IMG/VR virus record: IMGVR_UViG_3300035698_008855
DNA length: 64,000 bases
Origin: an uncultured virus (IMG/VR IMGVR_UViG_3300035698_008855)
Taxonomy: Duplodnaviria > Heunggongvirae > Uroviricota > Caudoviricetes
Direction: 5' to 3' (one strand)
In this document: piece after piece, positions 35,699 to 45,827 of the stretch
Layout of the letters: the number at the start of each line of letters is the position of its first letter
How positions within the stretch are numbered: the first letter of the stretch is position 1
Notes under the pieces: model-generated
Seen by the model: the letters and a program-made list of their open reading frames with translations, nothing else
What the model was told of the DNA's origin: nothing
The model's database searches: none
Translations under genes and position numbers: made by a program

Positions 35699-37545
35699 TC
35701 AGAACGACACTGGGACAAGTACTCGTGAACGATGCGCTTCCGGAAGACCTCCGAGACTATGAGCGTGTGTTTACGAAGAAGACTGTCCCGGCTCTATTCA
35801 TGGCTCTGGCGGAGAAATACCCGGAGAAGTACCGCGATGTCACTCAGCGCTTGATGAACATTGGGCAAAAGGTATCGACACGCTACGGCCGCAACGCGAG
35901 CTTGTCGCTGAAGGATGTGGCCCCTCCGGAAGAGCGTAAAGCTATCCTCGAGACACTGCAAGGGCAGATCGACGCGATTAATGATGATCCATCCCTCTCT
36001 CACAAAGAGAGGAACAAGCGCATCGTTCTTCGCGTATTGAAGGCCCAGACAACGCTGAAGGATATCAACATGAAAACCGGCGAACGTGACGGTAACACGT
36101 TTGCCTTACAGATACTCTCTGGAGCACGCGGAAACCCCAACCAGTTCGCGTCGCTTCGAGTTGGAGACGGGCTTGTAACAGATCATCGCGACGAGCCCAT
36201 CCCGATTCCCATTCTCCACAGCTATGCCGAGGGGCTAGACCCCGTCGAGTATTGGGCAGGGTCTTATGGGGCGCGTAAAGGAACAATGGCCGGTAACCTA
36301 GGTACGCCCAAGTCCGGCTTCTTCGGCAAACAGATGGCGCTGTCAGCTCACCGCATCACAGTCACCGAGAAGGATTGCGGTACCACGAATGGTATTCCGG
36401 TAAACGCCAACGATCCCGACAACGAGGGAGCGCTGCTTGCACACAGCTACGGCGACTACAACGCCGACACCGTCATTACGCCGCGTATCACGAAAGACCT
36501 TAAAGGGGAGAAGACAATACTTGTGCGCTCCCCCATCACCTGCGCTGCTTCCGGTGGTGTCTGCCAGAGGTGTGCAGGTATCCGTGAACGTGGAGGGTTC
36601 CCCCCTCTTGGCGACAACATTGGCGTGACAGCTGCGACAGCTATTTCTGAACCTATGACTCAGGCGCCTCTTTCAGCTAAGCACACAGGTGGTGTGGCTG
36701 AGGAGAAAGACAAGAAGGTGCAAGGCTTCGACGCTATTAACCGCCTTGTGCAGATCCCCAAAACCTTCCCTGAAGCCGCGACCGTGTCGAGCGTTGACGG
36801 CGTTGTTACAAATATCTCACCCGCGCCGCAGGGTGGTTTTTATATTGAAGTAGGCAACGAGCGTCACTACGTCCCCGAAGATCGTGACATTGACGTGAAG
36901 GAAGGTCAGACCGTTGAAGCTGGTGACCCTCTCTGCGACGGCGTTCATAACCCTGCAGACGTTGCGAAGTACAAGGGCATCGGTGAAGCTCGTCGCGTGT
37001 TCATGCAACAGTTTCGCCAGGTAGCAGATAACACAAACATTCGCGTCAACCGCAGAAACCTTGAAGTTCTATCGCGTGGTATCGTCAATCACGTGCGTGT
37101 CAATGACCTGGATGGAGTAGACGATGCGCTGCCGGGGGACGTCAGAGAGTTTGACTCTGTAACGCGTAACTATCAACCACGCTTTGGATTCAAGACGTTA
37201 CCGCCTACGCGTGCAGTGGGTAACTACCTCGAGAGTCCGATCAACCAGTACTCTATTGGTACTCGTGTAACTCCCAGGATGGCTAAGGAACTGGGTGGTA
37301 TGGGCATTAAGCAGTTGACAACCCATACTGACCCGCCTTCCTTTGACCCTGAGATGCGTCGTATCATGGAGACGTTGTCGTACTCCGATGATTGGATGGT
37401 TCGTCTCGGAGGTTGGTACCTTAAGAAAGGGCTGGGAGAGGCTGCGCATGTTGGTTCAACATCAAAGAATCATGGCACCTCGTATATTCCAGCCTTGGCT
37501 CAGGGTACAGAGTTCGGTAGAGTAGAACCTGGGAAAGGTTACTAA
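35695..37545 (+). CDS. rpoC(C): RNA polymerase beta' C-terminal part (RpoC2-like split)
   Basis: TTLGQ, SGARG, SYAEGL..YW...GARKG (bridge helix), EKDCGT, RSPITC..GVCQRCAG, SEPMTQ..HTGG (trigger loop). Confidence 0.95.
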   Translation: MIRTTLGQVLVNDALPEDLRDYERVFTKKTVPALFMALAEKYPEKYRDVTQRLMNIGQKVSTRYGRNASLSLKDVAPPEERKAILETLQGQIDAINDDPSLSHKERNKRIVLRVLKAQTTLKDINMKTGERDGNTFALQILSGARGNPNQFASLRVGDGLVTDHRDEPIPIPILHSYAEGLDPVEYWAGSYGARKGTMAGNLGTPKSGFFGKQMALSAHRITVTEKDCGTTNGIPVNANDPDNEGALLAHSYGDYNADTVITPRITKDLKGEKTILVRSPITCAASGGVCQRCAGIRERGGFPPLGDNIGVTAATAISEPMTQAPLSAKHTGGVAEEKDKKVQGFDAINRLVQIPKTFPEAATVSSVDGVVTNISPAPQGGFYIEVGNERHYVPEDRDIDVKEGQTVEAGDPLCDGVHNPADVAKYKGIGEARRVFMQQFRQVADNTNIRVNRRNLEVLSRGIVNHVRVNDLDGVDDALPGDVREFDSVTRNYQPRFGFKTLPPTRAVGNYLESPINQYSIGTRVTPRMAKELGGMGIKQLTTHTDPPSFDPEMRRIMETLSYSDDWMVRLGGWYLKKGLGEAAHVGSTSKNHGTSYIPALAQGTEFGRVEPGKGY

Positions 37546-37585
37546 TCGTTTAGTGACGTCGACGTAGGAACCCATAAGGAGGTAT

Positions 37586-38140
37586 GTGATGTCGGACGAT
37601 CAGAGACAGGCTGCATACGAAGCAGGCTTCATCCTCGGAGCCAACGATTTCCAGAAGCGCGCGGGGATGCTTAGCGACGCCGCTTCCTCGCTCGGTAGTA
37701 TCGGCGGAGGTTTGGCGCCCGCAGCGCAGGCTCCTGTCATGGGCGGCCTCGGCGGTGCAGGTCTCGCTGGGATTCTCTCGCTCCTTACGGGCAAGAAGAA
37801 GACCCCGATGTGGCAGCATCTGCTCGCAGCTCTCGGCGGCGGCGCACTTGGTGCTGGCGGTGGGATGATGTACAACCAGCTCGGACAGGGCGCAGAGGCA
37901 GCCCCGGCCGCAGCGGCGTTACCCCCCAACCTCTCGGGCCTGCCTGCTGGCATTTTGGAGGACGGCCCTGTGCAACAGGAGGCTCCCCCGGTCGCAGAGG
38001 CTCCTCCGGCCACATTGGACCCCCCGGCTGCAGCAGCTCCTCCAGCAGAGAAAGCAGATAAACCTGCTGGCGACAAGCCTAAAGATGAAACCGCACGCGC
38101 CGAGAATCCGCACAACCAAGACAACAATGACCCCGGCTAA
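37586..38140 (+). CDS. hypothetical virion-associated protein
   Basis: AAGGAGG RBS; AAYEAGF..FQKRAG; Gly-zipper. Confidence 0.75.
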   Translation: MMSDDQRQAAYEAGFILGANDFQKRAGMLSDAASSLGSIGGGLAPAAQAPVMGGLGGAGLAGILSLLTGKKKTPMWQHLLAALGGGALGAGGGMMYNQLGQGAEAAPAAAALPPNLSGLPAGILEDGPVQQEAPPVAEAPPATLDPPAAAAPPAEKADKPAGDKPKDETARAENPHNQDNNDPG

Positions 38141-38238
38141 GGTATGCCCGAGTAGTTATCGGTAAAGCTGGTGTAGTAACGGCAGACGTATGACCTGTAT
38201 AGTCTGACTAGGGAGTTCAGTAGCAAGTCAGTTGCTTG

Positions 38239-38267
38239 TTGAGCGTGAACCAAATCCGTGTTAGACT
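38239..38267 (+). promoter_or_regulatory. sigma70-like promoter TTGAGC-N17-TAGACT with extended TG
   Basis: 17-nt spacing; TG-N-TAGACT; intergenic. Confidence 0.5.
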
Positions 38268-38307
38268 GAAAATAGAATGGTAGTTGCAACGGAGGATCAA
38301 GAAAGCC

Positions 38308-40509
38308 ATGCCTGGATCCCAACTCGAATCAGCGTTCGCGAATCTAGCTCACGCTCGACTGAAAGATCGGGCTCCGGGTCTGCTGGATTTTCTGATCGGA
38401 TTCCAGCTGCTCGATAAGAACGAGGAAGAGACGCGCGCTGTTGGCGTATTTGGTTTCAAAATATCCGATGAATGGTATTACAACCCCGTCTTTTACCTCA
38501 ACGGCCGACTCAAAGGTGAGGAGCTCTTGTACATTAAGAGCCAAGACGCCTTCGTGCCGTTGCAGGAGAACTGGGTCAACTACCTGACCAGTCGACGTCC
38601 GCGTCTGCTGGGTGAGTTCGAGCCGGAGGAACCGAGCGAGCTTGGCTTCCTCGAGCCTGACCTCTCTATTTTCAAGAACACTGACTTCCTTAACAAGGGG
38701 AGTTCCTACCCCGTCGACCAAGATGGTATTCGCTCGATGTGTGTTGCCAACCCCTTCGCTGAGAAGTTCGAAGGGCTTGCGAGCAAGTTCCATCTGCCTA
38801 CATTCCTGAAGGAAGCGGGTCTTCGCCATCTTGAATGTCTTGTACAGACCATGGTTACTCATGACAAGTTTGCGGAGGTGATCTTAAACTTCTACGATTT
38901 CGCCGAACTGGCGGAAGCCCGCTTCCAGAAGGTCATGAACAAACAAGCTGCTGCTGAGCCGGAAAGCGGCAAGCTCGTTATCGTCTCTCGCCGTGATTGG
39001 GACGACATGCCTGACGGTCTCAGCTGTGAAGCTGAGGATAGGCTGCGGAAGCAGCTGGTCAAGAAGACGATAGCGATTGAAGACAACCGTGAAGAAGAAG
39101 ACACCACCGCTGTCTACAACGCCGAGACGTTGGGCAAGAGCCTGATGAATCCCGACGAGAGTGGCATCTTCAGTATGCTTATGCGTAACGGTGACATGAA
39201 GGAAGTAATGCTCTTCAAGTCACCCTGCATGCTTGGCTCCGGCTCCGACTACGACGGCGATGGTTTCAATAAGGTCGTGATCATTGACAGGGAGACGAAA
39301 AACTTTGGTAACTGTTGGGCGGACGCAATCTTCGTAACACCTGCAAAGCCTTCAGCAGATGACGGGTGGCAGGCGATCTTTAACAAGTTGCCTGACGCCA
39401 CAACTCTTGAGGTCGACGGCACGTACGTTCTAGTTAACGAAAAGATGCAGGCCTCAACGCCCTTCAAGGTCACCAAGACGATTACGAATCCTGAGGGGCG
39501 CGTCACGGCCTCCATACAGACTCGCGACAGTATGAGTTACCGCAATCGCCATGACCGCCTCAACCCGCCTCCAAGTAGGCGTTACGGTGGTTACGGCGCG
39601 CTGTGCGGTAGTTCCGCCAACGAAGTAATCCTGACGAAGAAACCCGGTGCAAGAATCACACAGTTGAGTCGCTCTGCGTACGTTCCAACTGGCTACAAGG
39701 TGATCAAGTTGTCCGACGAGTTTGGTCCCAACAAGATCATTGACCCGGGTACGATCTCTGACCTTGAGCAGCAGATCTTCAAGGTCGGTAGCCTTCGACA
39801 CCTTAAGGTCTACACCGCTGACGGACGTGAGTACTTTATCAACGCCGAAGACAAGGAATATCTGGAGCCGATGTCAAAAGACGCCGCGCTCAAGTCTCTT
39901 GTTGCGCAGCACGGCATTCAAGTTGATGTTGCTCAAGACATGATCGGTCGAGCAAAGCGCGATAAAGCTGCCCGCTACATCGTCAAGTACGCCGGTGGCT
40001 ACCCTTCCTTTGCGTTCCCCTCTGCAGAGATGCCTCGTGGATACGACTCAGATCTGGGTGTCGACGAGATCGAGCCGTGGAATACTGAGCAGAAGATTGA
40101 CATGCCGGGGGATGCGCCTGAGGATGAACCGGACATGCCGGATGAGGTTCGTCGATTGGCGGCAGATGCTGGTAACACCGGCCAGAAGGAAGTCCTCGAC
40201 ACGTCTGTGTTGACCGGACTGGTCAAGACCGTGAACTCTGATGATGTGACCGACAGATATCTTGGAGATATCCTCCTGGGTCTCGACCGTGTTGGTCGTA
40301 TCCTCTTCATGTTCTACTGGCACAACGACAAGTTCCGCGAACGTTACGGCCAGCAGGACATACCTGAACTCGAAGATAGCCTCCGCAACGTATTTCAGCA
40401 GATGGGCGACCTCTCGTTGTTCCTGAAGCAGAAGACCGTTGAGCCCGAACCGGGCGACGATGAGGCTGAACTGGATCTTGATAGCGTAGCTGCCGGAGGG
40501 ATGACGTAA
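38308..40509 (+). CDS. large hypothetical protein, probably structural/head
   Basis: GGAGG RBS before ATG 38308; LKEAG, NKQAA and VKYAG motifs. Confidence 0.8.
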   Translation: MPGSQLESAFANLAHARLKDRAPGLLDFLIGFQLLDKNEEETRAVGVFGFKISDEWYYNPVFYLNGRLKGEELLYIKSQDAFVPLQENWVNYLTSRRPRLLGEFEPEEPSELGFLEPDLSIFKNTDFLNKGSSYPVDQDGIRSMCVANPFAEKFEGLASKFHLPTFLKEAGLRHLECLVQTMVTHDKFAEVILNFYDFAELAEARFQKVMNKQAAAEPESGKLVIVSRRDWDDMPDGLSCEAEDRLRKQLVKKTIAIEDNREEEDTTAVYNAETLGKSLMNPDESGIFSMLMRNGDMKEVMLFKSPCMLGSGSDYDGDGFNKVVIIDRETKNFGNCWADAIFVTPAKPSADDGWQAIFNKLPDATTLEVDGTYVLVNEKMQASTPFKVTKTITNPEGRVTASIQTRDSMSYRNRHDRLNPPPSRRYGGYGALCGSSANEVILTKKPGARITQLSRSAYVPTGYKVIKLSDEFGPNKIIDPGTISDLEQQIFKVGSLRHLKVYTADGREYFINAEDKEYLEPMSKDAALKSLVAQHGIQVDVAQDMIGRAKRDKAARYIVKYAGGYPSFAFPSAEMPRGYDSDLGVDEIEPWNTEQKIDMPGDAPEDEPDMPDEVRRLAADAGNTGQKEVLDTSVLTGLVKTVNSDDVTDRYLGDILLGLDRVGRILFMFYWHNDKFRERYGQQDIPELEDSLRNVFQQMGDLSLFLKQKTVEPEPGDDEAELDLDSVAAGGMT

Positions 40510-41198
40510 TGAGTGCCTACGAGTCAACAAGTCTTGCCAAAACAGCACAACGTTCCTTCGAGAGCCAGCCTGACAAGTTGATAGGTTGGATGTCGAAGCA
40601 TGGCGGCGAGATGCCTCGGACTGATGCGGAGTGGGTGGACGCCTGGAAGTCAGCTATGTCGCCGGACAGCTACGTCAAGCAAGCGTCCGCCGATGACGTC
40701 GTGCTGGATACCATGCACCATCTGACACTCGCGACGCGCGGGTTCACAAAGATTGCACAGTGCGTTGCGATGTCTAAGCAGGCCGGATCTACCGCCAATC
40801 AAGGGCTGTCAACCGGCGCTGGTGGAGCTGCAAAGCCTTCTACCCCGGTGAAGGCGCCAAATATGAATCCCAACGCGACGGGAGGGGATAGCTCGCCTGC
40901 ACACGTTGGCAGGCTGCGCGAGATGCGTATGAAACTTGATTCTGAAGAGCCTGCCAGCGCTAATGCTACACCTTCTCCGGCTCCTAGCCCCGGACCTAGC
41001 TCAGCTAGCGCAGTAGGTCGTGCTTTGGGTAAAGGTATGGCGGGAGCAGGGGCGGTGTCGGCCGCGCGTAGCGCAGGTAACGCTCTCCCTGTGTACGGTA
41101 TACGTGGAGCTTTGGGCGGCCCCAAGACGACCCCTAAACCGGCGGGCGCTGTCGAGAAAGCTCTCCAGCGTTTCGGCTACAGCTTGTACGGGAAATAA
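40509..41198 (+). CDS. hypothetical protein (shares a motif with 41458-41829)
   Basis: TAATG coupling; HHLTLATRGFTKIA..SKQA. Confidence 0.7.
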   Translation: MSAYESTSLAKTAQRSFESQPDKLIGWMSKHGGEMPRTDAEWVDAWKSAMSPDSYVKQASADDVVLDTMHHLTLATRGFTKIAQCVAMSKQAGSTANQGLSTGAGGAAKPSTPVKAPNMNPNATGGDSSPAHVGRLREMRMKLDSEEPASANATPSPAPSPGPSSASAVGRALGKGMAGAGAVSAARSAGNALPVYGIRGALGGPKTTPKPAGAVEKALQRFGYSLYGK

Positions 41199-41200
41199 AG

Positions 41201-41461
41201 ATGAACAAGAGTGCAGCATGGCAACTAGGCTTCGCCCATGGCGCACAGGCGCTAGGGGTTCAGCTTGGCCTTGAGAAACAAGCCATTCGTAGCTGGCTCT
41301 TTGGCCGAGAAGCAAAGAAGAAAGAACCTGTTGCTGCTACGCCGCCGGACCATAAGGATGAATCACCCCATATTCCCGTGAAGGCCGTACTACCCAAACG
41401 GGAAAGTCGGAATAGGGGTGCCGTAAAATCCGCCCCTGGTCTTTTAGGTAAGTTACGATGA
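41201..41461 (+). CDS. small hypothetical protein
   Basis: MNKSAAWQLGF..EKQA. Confidence 0.65.
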   Translation: MNKSAAWQLGFAHGAQALGVQLGLEKQAIRSWLFGREAKKKEPVAATPPDHKDESPHIPVKAVLPKRESRNRGAVKSAPGLLGKLR

Positions 41462-41829
41462 AGAATTCAACCACTCGTGACGCGCTACATCAGCTAGTAC
41501 TGGCGGTTAGAGGTTTTACAAAGATCTCGAGGCGTATCGCTGTGGCTAAAAGCGCGGCGCTAGTAACGCGACCCGCGTCAGTACCGAAGGTACACCCTGT
41601 GGCTAAAAAAGCGCCCGCAGTAACGGCGCCTACGCCAACGCCGAAGGTGAATCCAGTGGATAAAGCAACACCTAAATCCGTTAACCCGTGGGCTGGGATC
41701 AAACCAAAAAACGTCCCCGGGTGGGCGAAGGATGTTACCCCATTGCCGGATACGCTGGAGCAATCGTTGAAGTCGCATGCGGCAAAGCCCGCTACGCGCA
41801 GGTACTTTGTTGACAAACTTGGACAGTAG
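41458..41829 (+). CDS. hypothetical protein
   Basis: ATGA overlap; HQLVLAVRGFTKIS..AKSA. Confidence 0.65.
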   Translation: MKNSTTRDALHQLVLAVRGFTKISRRIAVAKSAALVTRPASVPKVHPVAKKAPAVTAPTPTPKVNPVDKATPKSVNPWAGIKPKNVPGWAKDVTPLPDTLEQSLKSHAAKPATRRYFVDKLGQ

Positions 41830-41871
41830 ACGGTAACTGGAAGTAGTACACACTGTTATGGAGGTCTAACA

Positions 41872-42084
41872 ATGGCGATCGTACAAACCACGATCACTAA
41901 CACGTCGGGTGCGACTCGACGGTTCACGTGGCTCTTGCCTCATGGCGCGGAGCTCGCGAACGGTGGAACGAAGACGGTTCTCGGCTGCATTGAAAGCCGT
42001 TTTCCGCATGAGCGTGACCGCACACAGTTTGCAGCTGACGTCGCTGCGAGTAACGTAAGTGTCACACATACCGGCCTGAGCTAA
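41872..42084 (+). CDS. small hypothetical protein, paralog of 57380-57655
   Basis: GGAGG RBS; ITN..W..PHG..LA..G..ES..ADVAA. Confidence 0.75.
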   Translation: MAIVQTTITNTSGATRRFTWLLPHGAELANGGTKTVLGCIESRFPHERDRTQFAADVAASNVSVTHTGLS

Positions 42085-42087
42085 GCC

Positions 42088-42909
42088 ATGATCGATTTAT
42101 CGCGAGCACCAGACCATAGGTGGGAGCGCGTCGATCAGCTGGTAGATGCAGGGAAGAGGCCCAGTCGCCAGTATGACGATGAGCGCATCCGACGAGGACA
42201 CTGTTTTCTTACTCGTTACAATAAGGGTAAGGCCCTCGGCTATGCCCGGCTGAAATCAGACTATCCCGATGTCTGGCAGGCGTACAACTTGTGGATTGAG
42301 ACTGTTGGTCCCAAGTGGCTCATCGAAGCTGCGATACTTGCCGGTCGTACCTTAGAGGAGATTCAGGACTACCTCAAGTGCTCCATGGGTCAGCTCAAGA
42401 TGTACGAGCGGTATTTTTACGACGTTCGTGAAGGCCTCGATTCAAAGGGATGGGTCGTAACGCGTATCCTTCTTCCAGCGGTAGCTCGTCGGTTGGTCAA
42501 TCGTGATTACGATTTTCTGTGGAAGTCCTTGGCTTACTTCGGCGGCTGGGATGTTCTCGATTCGTTCATCGAGTTCAAGAAGCTGCCCTCAGAAGTTGAG
42601 ATCTTCCTAACGGACGCCACTCGTGCTAAGATGGTCAAGGACGGGTTTGTTGCCGCGCATATACGCGACGTCAACAAGTACAACGCAACCGAGATCCTTT
42701 CACAGTGCATCGAGCTGAAACGTCTGGAGATGGAAGCTGGACAGGAGGGCGTGCAAGACAAGCTCTCCAAGGGTCTTGAAGCTGTCTTTGGTACGTTGCA
42801 GGTTGCAATGATCCCAAGTGATGCGAGAATGGAAGCCAACGAGCCAAGAGCTATGGAGTTGATCTCCGGCACAAGCGTGCCACTCATGGCGCCCGTGAAG
42901 AAGAAATAA
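42088..42909 (+). CDS. hypothetical protein
   Basis: 273-aa ORF in an operon-like run. Confidence 0.75.
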   Translation: MIDLSRAPDHRWERVDQLVDAGKRPSRQYDDERIRRGHCFLTRYNKGKALGYARLKSDYPDVWQAYNLWIETVGPKWLIEAAILAGRTLEEIQDYLKCSMGQLKMYERYFYDVREGLDSKGWVVTRILLPAVARRLVNRDYDFLWKSLAYFGGWDVLDSFIEFKKLPSEVEIFLTDATRAKMVKDGFVAAHIRDVNKYNATEILSQCIELKRLEMEAGQEGVQDKLSKGLEAVFGTLQVAMIPSDARMEANEPRAMELISGTSVPLMAPVKKK

Positions 42910-42913
42910 CGAG

Positions 42914-44239
42914 GTGAAGGAGATGGAGAAGCTCGGAAAGGACCAAGAGCAGAAGGTGCTCAACGCGCTCGAGTCGGCCATCAAGCTCGCCAATGCGGGT
43001 GAAAAGCCGTCGGACGCGATCTATAAGGTCGCCAGCGAAGAGAAGATGGGTCAGGAGTTCGTTCGCCGGATGGTTGAGGCGTTCAACGTATCCAAGACCC
43101 TACATCACCTTCAGCACGCTGGCGGTACGGAGAAGGGCGCCAGCTTCGACCTGGCAAACGCCGACGACATCATTGACCGCATGTGGCCAAAGGACGTTGA
43201 AGCGCCTGCGCCGTTGCAGAAAGCTGCGTCGGATAATGGTCTTGGCGCTATGTTCCTCGACGATGATCTCATGAAGCTTGGTACCAGCCGCACAGGTGAC
43301 CTCTTTGAGAAGATCACCGTAGAGGAGTATCAGCAAGACCCCGAGATCGTCGCCAACAAGTGGTACGATCGACGCAGCCACTTCCAGAAGGCCGCGTCAA
43401 CCGCCCTTTCCGACTATGGCATTCAGTGCATCCGTTTCACAAACGCGTTACTGAAGGTTGCCGAGCACTTCCGCAACGTTGACCATGAAGACCCTACCGA
43501 GTTCGCGGAAAAGGTTCTCTGGCGGCATGGTGCGGTTGGTAAGCATGTCGTCGACTTCGTTAAAGGCGCCGACAGCTCTTTCCCCGACATTGACGTCGAC
43601 ATCCCCGAACGCCCGCGTGTCTGTCCTCATCGTTCGCCCTATACGGACATCGACGACGCGGTCTCCGCCGTTCACAGCATGGTTGATCATGCAGAGAAGC
43701 AGGCGCAGGCAGAGATGGATCTAGTGGAGTGGGAAACCAACTCCCCTTTTGAGAAAGCGGCCGTGTTGGAAAAACAAGCTATCGGTCTTGGTATCCCCGA
43801 GGCTGTAAGCCATCTCCACACGGCAACATCCCTAGCTCAGTCCGGTGGTATGCTTCCCGACTCGGCTAGTGGGAAGAACAACTATGAAGCTGGGCGCCAG
43901 CAGATCCTCGATGACCTCTTTGACCCGAGCGATGAGCTGGAGTTTCGCAAGGCACGTACGCAGATCCTTATGAATGACATGTTGTCGAATGATCCGATCA
44001 TTGCCAGCTACGATCAAGATAAGGTAGTATCTGCGTACAATCAGTTGGTACAGCTTGCGCCGCAAGCAGCGCAGCAGCCGATCATTCTGCGTAGCCTCCT
44101 ACGTAAGCTACTGACGACAGAGGGAGGCCTCGAAGACTTCGACATTAAGTCCATGACGGACGTCGAAAAGGACCTCCGTACAAGATCCCCGCTGCCGCCT
44201 TCGTTGACCCAAGTTCCGGGGGAACACCTGAAGCCATGA
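42914..44239 (+). CDS. hypothetical head-associated protein rich in K-x-A motifs
   Basis: KLA, KVA, KGA, KAA and KQA recur along the protein. Confidence 0.8.
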   Translation: MKEMEKLGKDQEQKVLNALESAIKLANAGEKPSDAIYKVASEEKMGQEFVRRMVEAFNVSKTLHHLQHAGGTEKGASFDLANADDIIDRMWPKDVEAPAPLQKAASDNGLGAMFLDDDLMKLGTSRTGDLFEKITVEEYQQDPEIVANKWYDRRSHFQKAASTALSDYGIQCIRFTNALLKVAEHFRNVDHEDPTEFAEKVLWRHGAVGKHVVDFVKGADSSFPDIDVDIPERPRVCPHRSPYTDIDDAVSAVHSMVDHAEKQAQAEMDLVEWETNSPFEKAAVLEKQAIGLGIPEAVSHLHTATSLAQSGGMLPDSASGKNNYEAGRQQILDDLFDPSDELEFRKARTQILMNDMLSNDPIIASYDQDKVVSAYNQLVQLAPQAAQQPIILRSLLRKLLTTEGGLEDFDIKSMTDVEKDLRTRSPLPPSLTQVPGEHLKP

Positions 44240-45822
44240 GTATCACATCTCTAGACCGCGTTGCACAAGTACTCGCGGAAATCACGCTTGAGAATCGTCC
44301 GCTTGAGAAGCAGGCAGCTGACGCTAAAGCCGCAACTCCTAAAGCAGCAGCTCCTAAAGTCGCAGTTGACCCGTTTGCGGAGGCAGTGAGGGCGGACGGA
44401 CAGAGAAAGTCGGTGCAAGACGCTATACGTGGTAATCATCCGGCTCTTAGCCAGACAGCCGTGACCATCGCAGCTCAACAAAAACTGAAGGATGAAGCAA
44501 AAGAGCGCGGCCCGGTCAAAACTGAGATAGAGCGCGCTTGGCAAGACTACAAGCGCAACAAGTGGATGTATGCCGGAGGCGCTGCAGCGGGTAACATCCC
44601 TGTGGTGCCTGTAGCCAAAGGTGTAGCCAAAGGTGTGTCTAAAGCTATAGGTGGAGCGTTTAGGATGCCACGTACGCTATATAGTGGCCTCAACCCGAAA
44701 CTTGTACCTCGTGCTTCTGCAGACAGTATTACTAGAGCCCTGGCTAGTAACGTGGGGGATGGGATTAGTGAAAACCCAAGTCTGCGTGAGCTGATCCTAA
44801 ATCGAAGTAAAACGGATGCTGCGTTTCCATCCACAGCAGGTAAGATGACAGCAGCGCGAAATAAGTTGCTGGCTGCTGCAGGAAAGACGCGTCTCCCGGG
44901 TACATCTGTAACCACGTATGATCAGGTCCTGAAGCTAGACGACGCTCAGTTCAATGACTTTGCCTCTAAAGCAAAACTAGGGCGCAATACGATAGATAAA
45001 CTAAAGGGCCTGCGTCTAAACCAGAGAGTCCCCAAGATTACTGACCCGCAAGCTCTGATTAAAGCTAATCTGAGGGCTACGCAGCTACGCGATATCGTGA
45101 TGGATAAGGCTACGAAGCTCAAGTATATGACTCAGGGCCCATTGGTCAAGACATTTGACGATCTGGTTAAGCTCGACGAAGAGACTCTGCGGCAGCTGGC
45201 AGCCACGAAACTTACCCCTGAAATGCGTAAGACTATTGAGCTTGTTCGAGCGACACGGGCGTCGGCGTCTACGATAGCTGAAGGACCGTCGGCACTGCAA
45301 GAGGCAAAGTCTAAACTGTTGAGCCCAGGCAAACAACCGACGCCAAAGTCCCCACCGACCATTACAGCTGCTAACAACAAGGTGCCAACAGGCAGGATCA
45401 GGCGCCTGGCGCGGGGTGCGGGAAACGTGTATCGAAAAGCGGTTGGTAGCCCAATACCTAAACCTCTTCCAGTAGCGAAGACTGTGCTCACACCCACACC
45501 GCGAGTTACTCCTAGCGCTACGGCGAAACTGATTCGTGCTTCAGCCCCTAGCGTAGCTCCTGGCACGCCAGGGGTAGCAGCAGCAGCGCGCTCGCCATGG
45601 GGTATTGGCGGCAGTATCGCTGGCTCCGCTATTAAGAGTGGGATTGGCGGTCTAGGTATAGGCGCCATAAGACGTTTTGGTGGTTGGTCGAAAGAGGTAG
45701 ACTACGCTGCTCAGGCAGCTGCCGCGCTGGAGGCCAATAAAGCGAATGCATCAAAGAATGAAAAAGACAAACTCAATGTCGAGTTGCGTAAGCTCAGGCC
45801 GTCGCCCATAAGGTCAAGGTAG
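44236..45822 (+). CDS. basic Ala/Lys-rich hypothetical protein with an internal duplication
   Basis: EKQAA; TYDQVLKLDD vs TFDDLVKLDE repeats. Confidence 0.7.
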   Translation: MSITSLDRVAQVLAEITLENRPLEKQAADAKAATPKAAAPKVAVDPFAEAVRADGQRKSVQDAIRGNHPALSQTAVTIAAQQKLKDEAKERGPVKTEIERAWQDYKRNKWMYAGGAAAGNIPVVPVAKGVAKGVSKAIGGAFRMPRTLYSGLNPKLVPRASADSITRALASNVGDGISENPSLRELILNRSKTDAAFPSTAGKMTAARNKLLAAAGKTRLPGTSVTTYDQVLKLDDAQFNDFASKAKLGRNTIDKLKGLRLNQRVPKITDPQALIKANLRATQLRDIVMDKATKLKYMTQGPLVKTFDDLVKLDEETLRQLAATKLTPEMRKTIELVRATRASASTIAEGPSALQEAKSKLLSPGKQPTPKSPPTITAANNKVPTGRIRRLARGAGNVYRKAVGSPIPKPLPVAKTVLTPTPRVTPSATAKLIRASAPSVAPGTPGVAAAARSPWGIGGSIAGSAIKSGIGGLGIGAIRRFGGWSKEVDYAAQAAAALEANKANASKNEKDKLNVELRKLRPSPIRSR

Positions 45823-45827
45823 ACGTT

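Noticed and set aside
24811..37545. Bacterial chromosomal rpoBC locus
   Set aside because: No ribosomal-protein neighbours, unusual fusion and split, and the surrounding genes are capsid and tail genes
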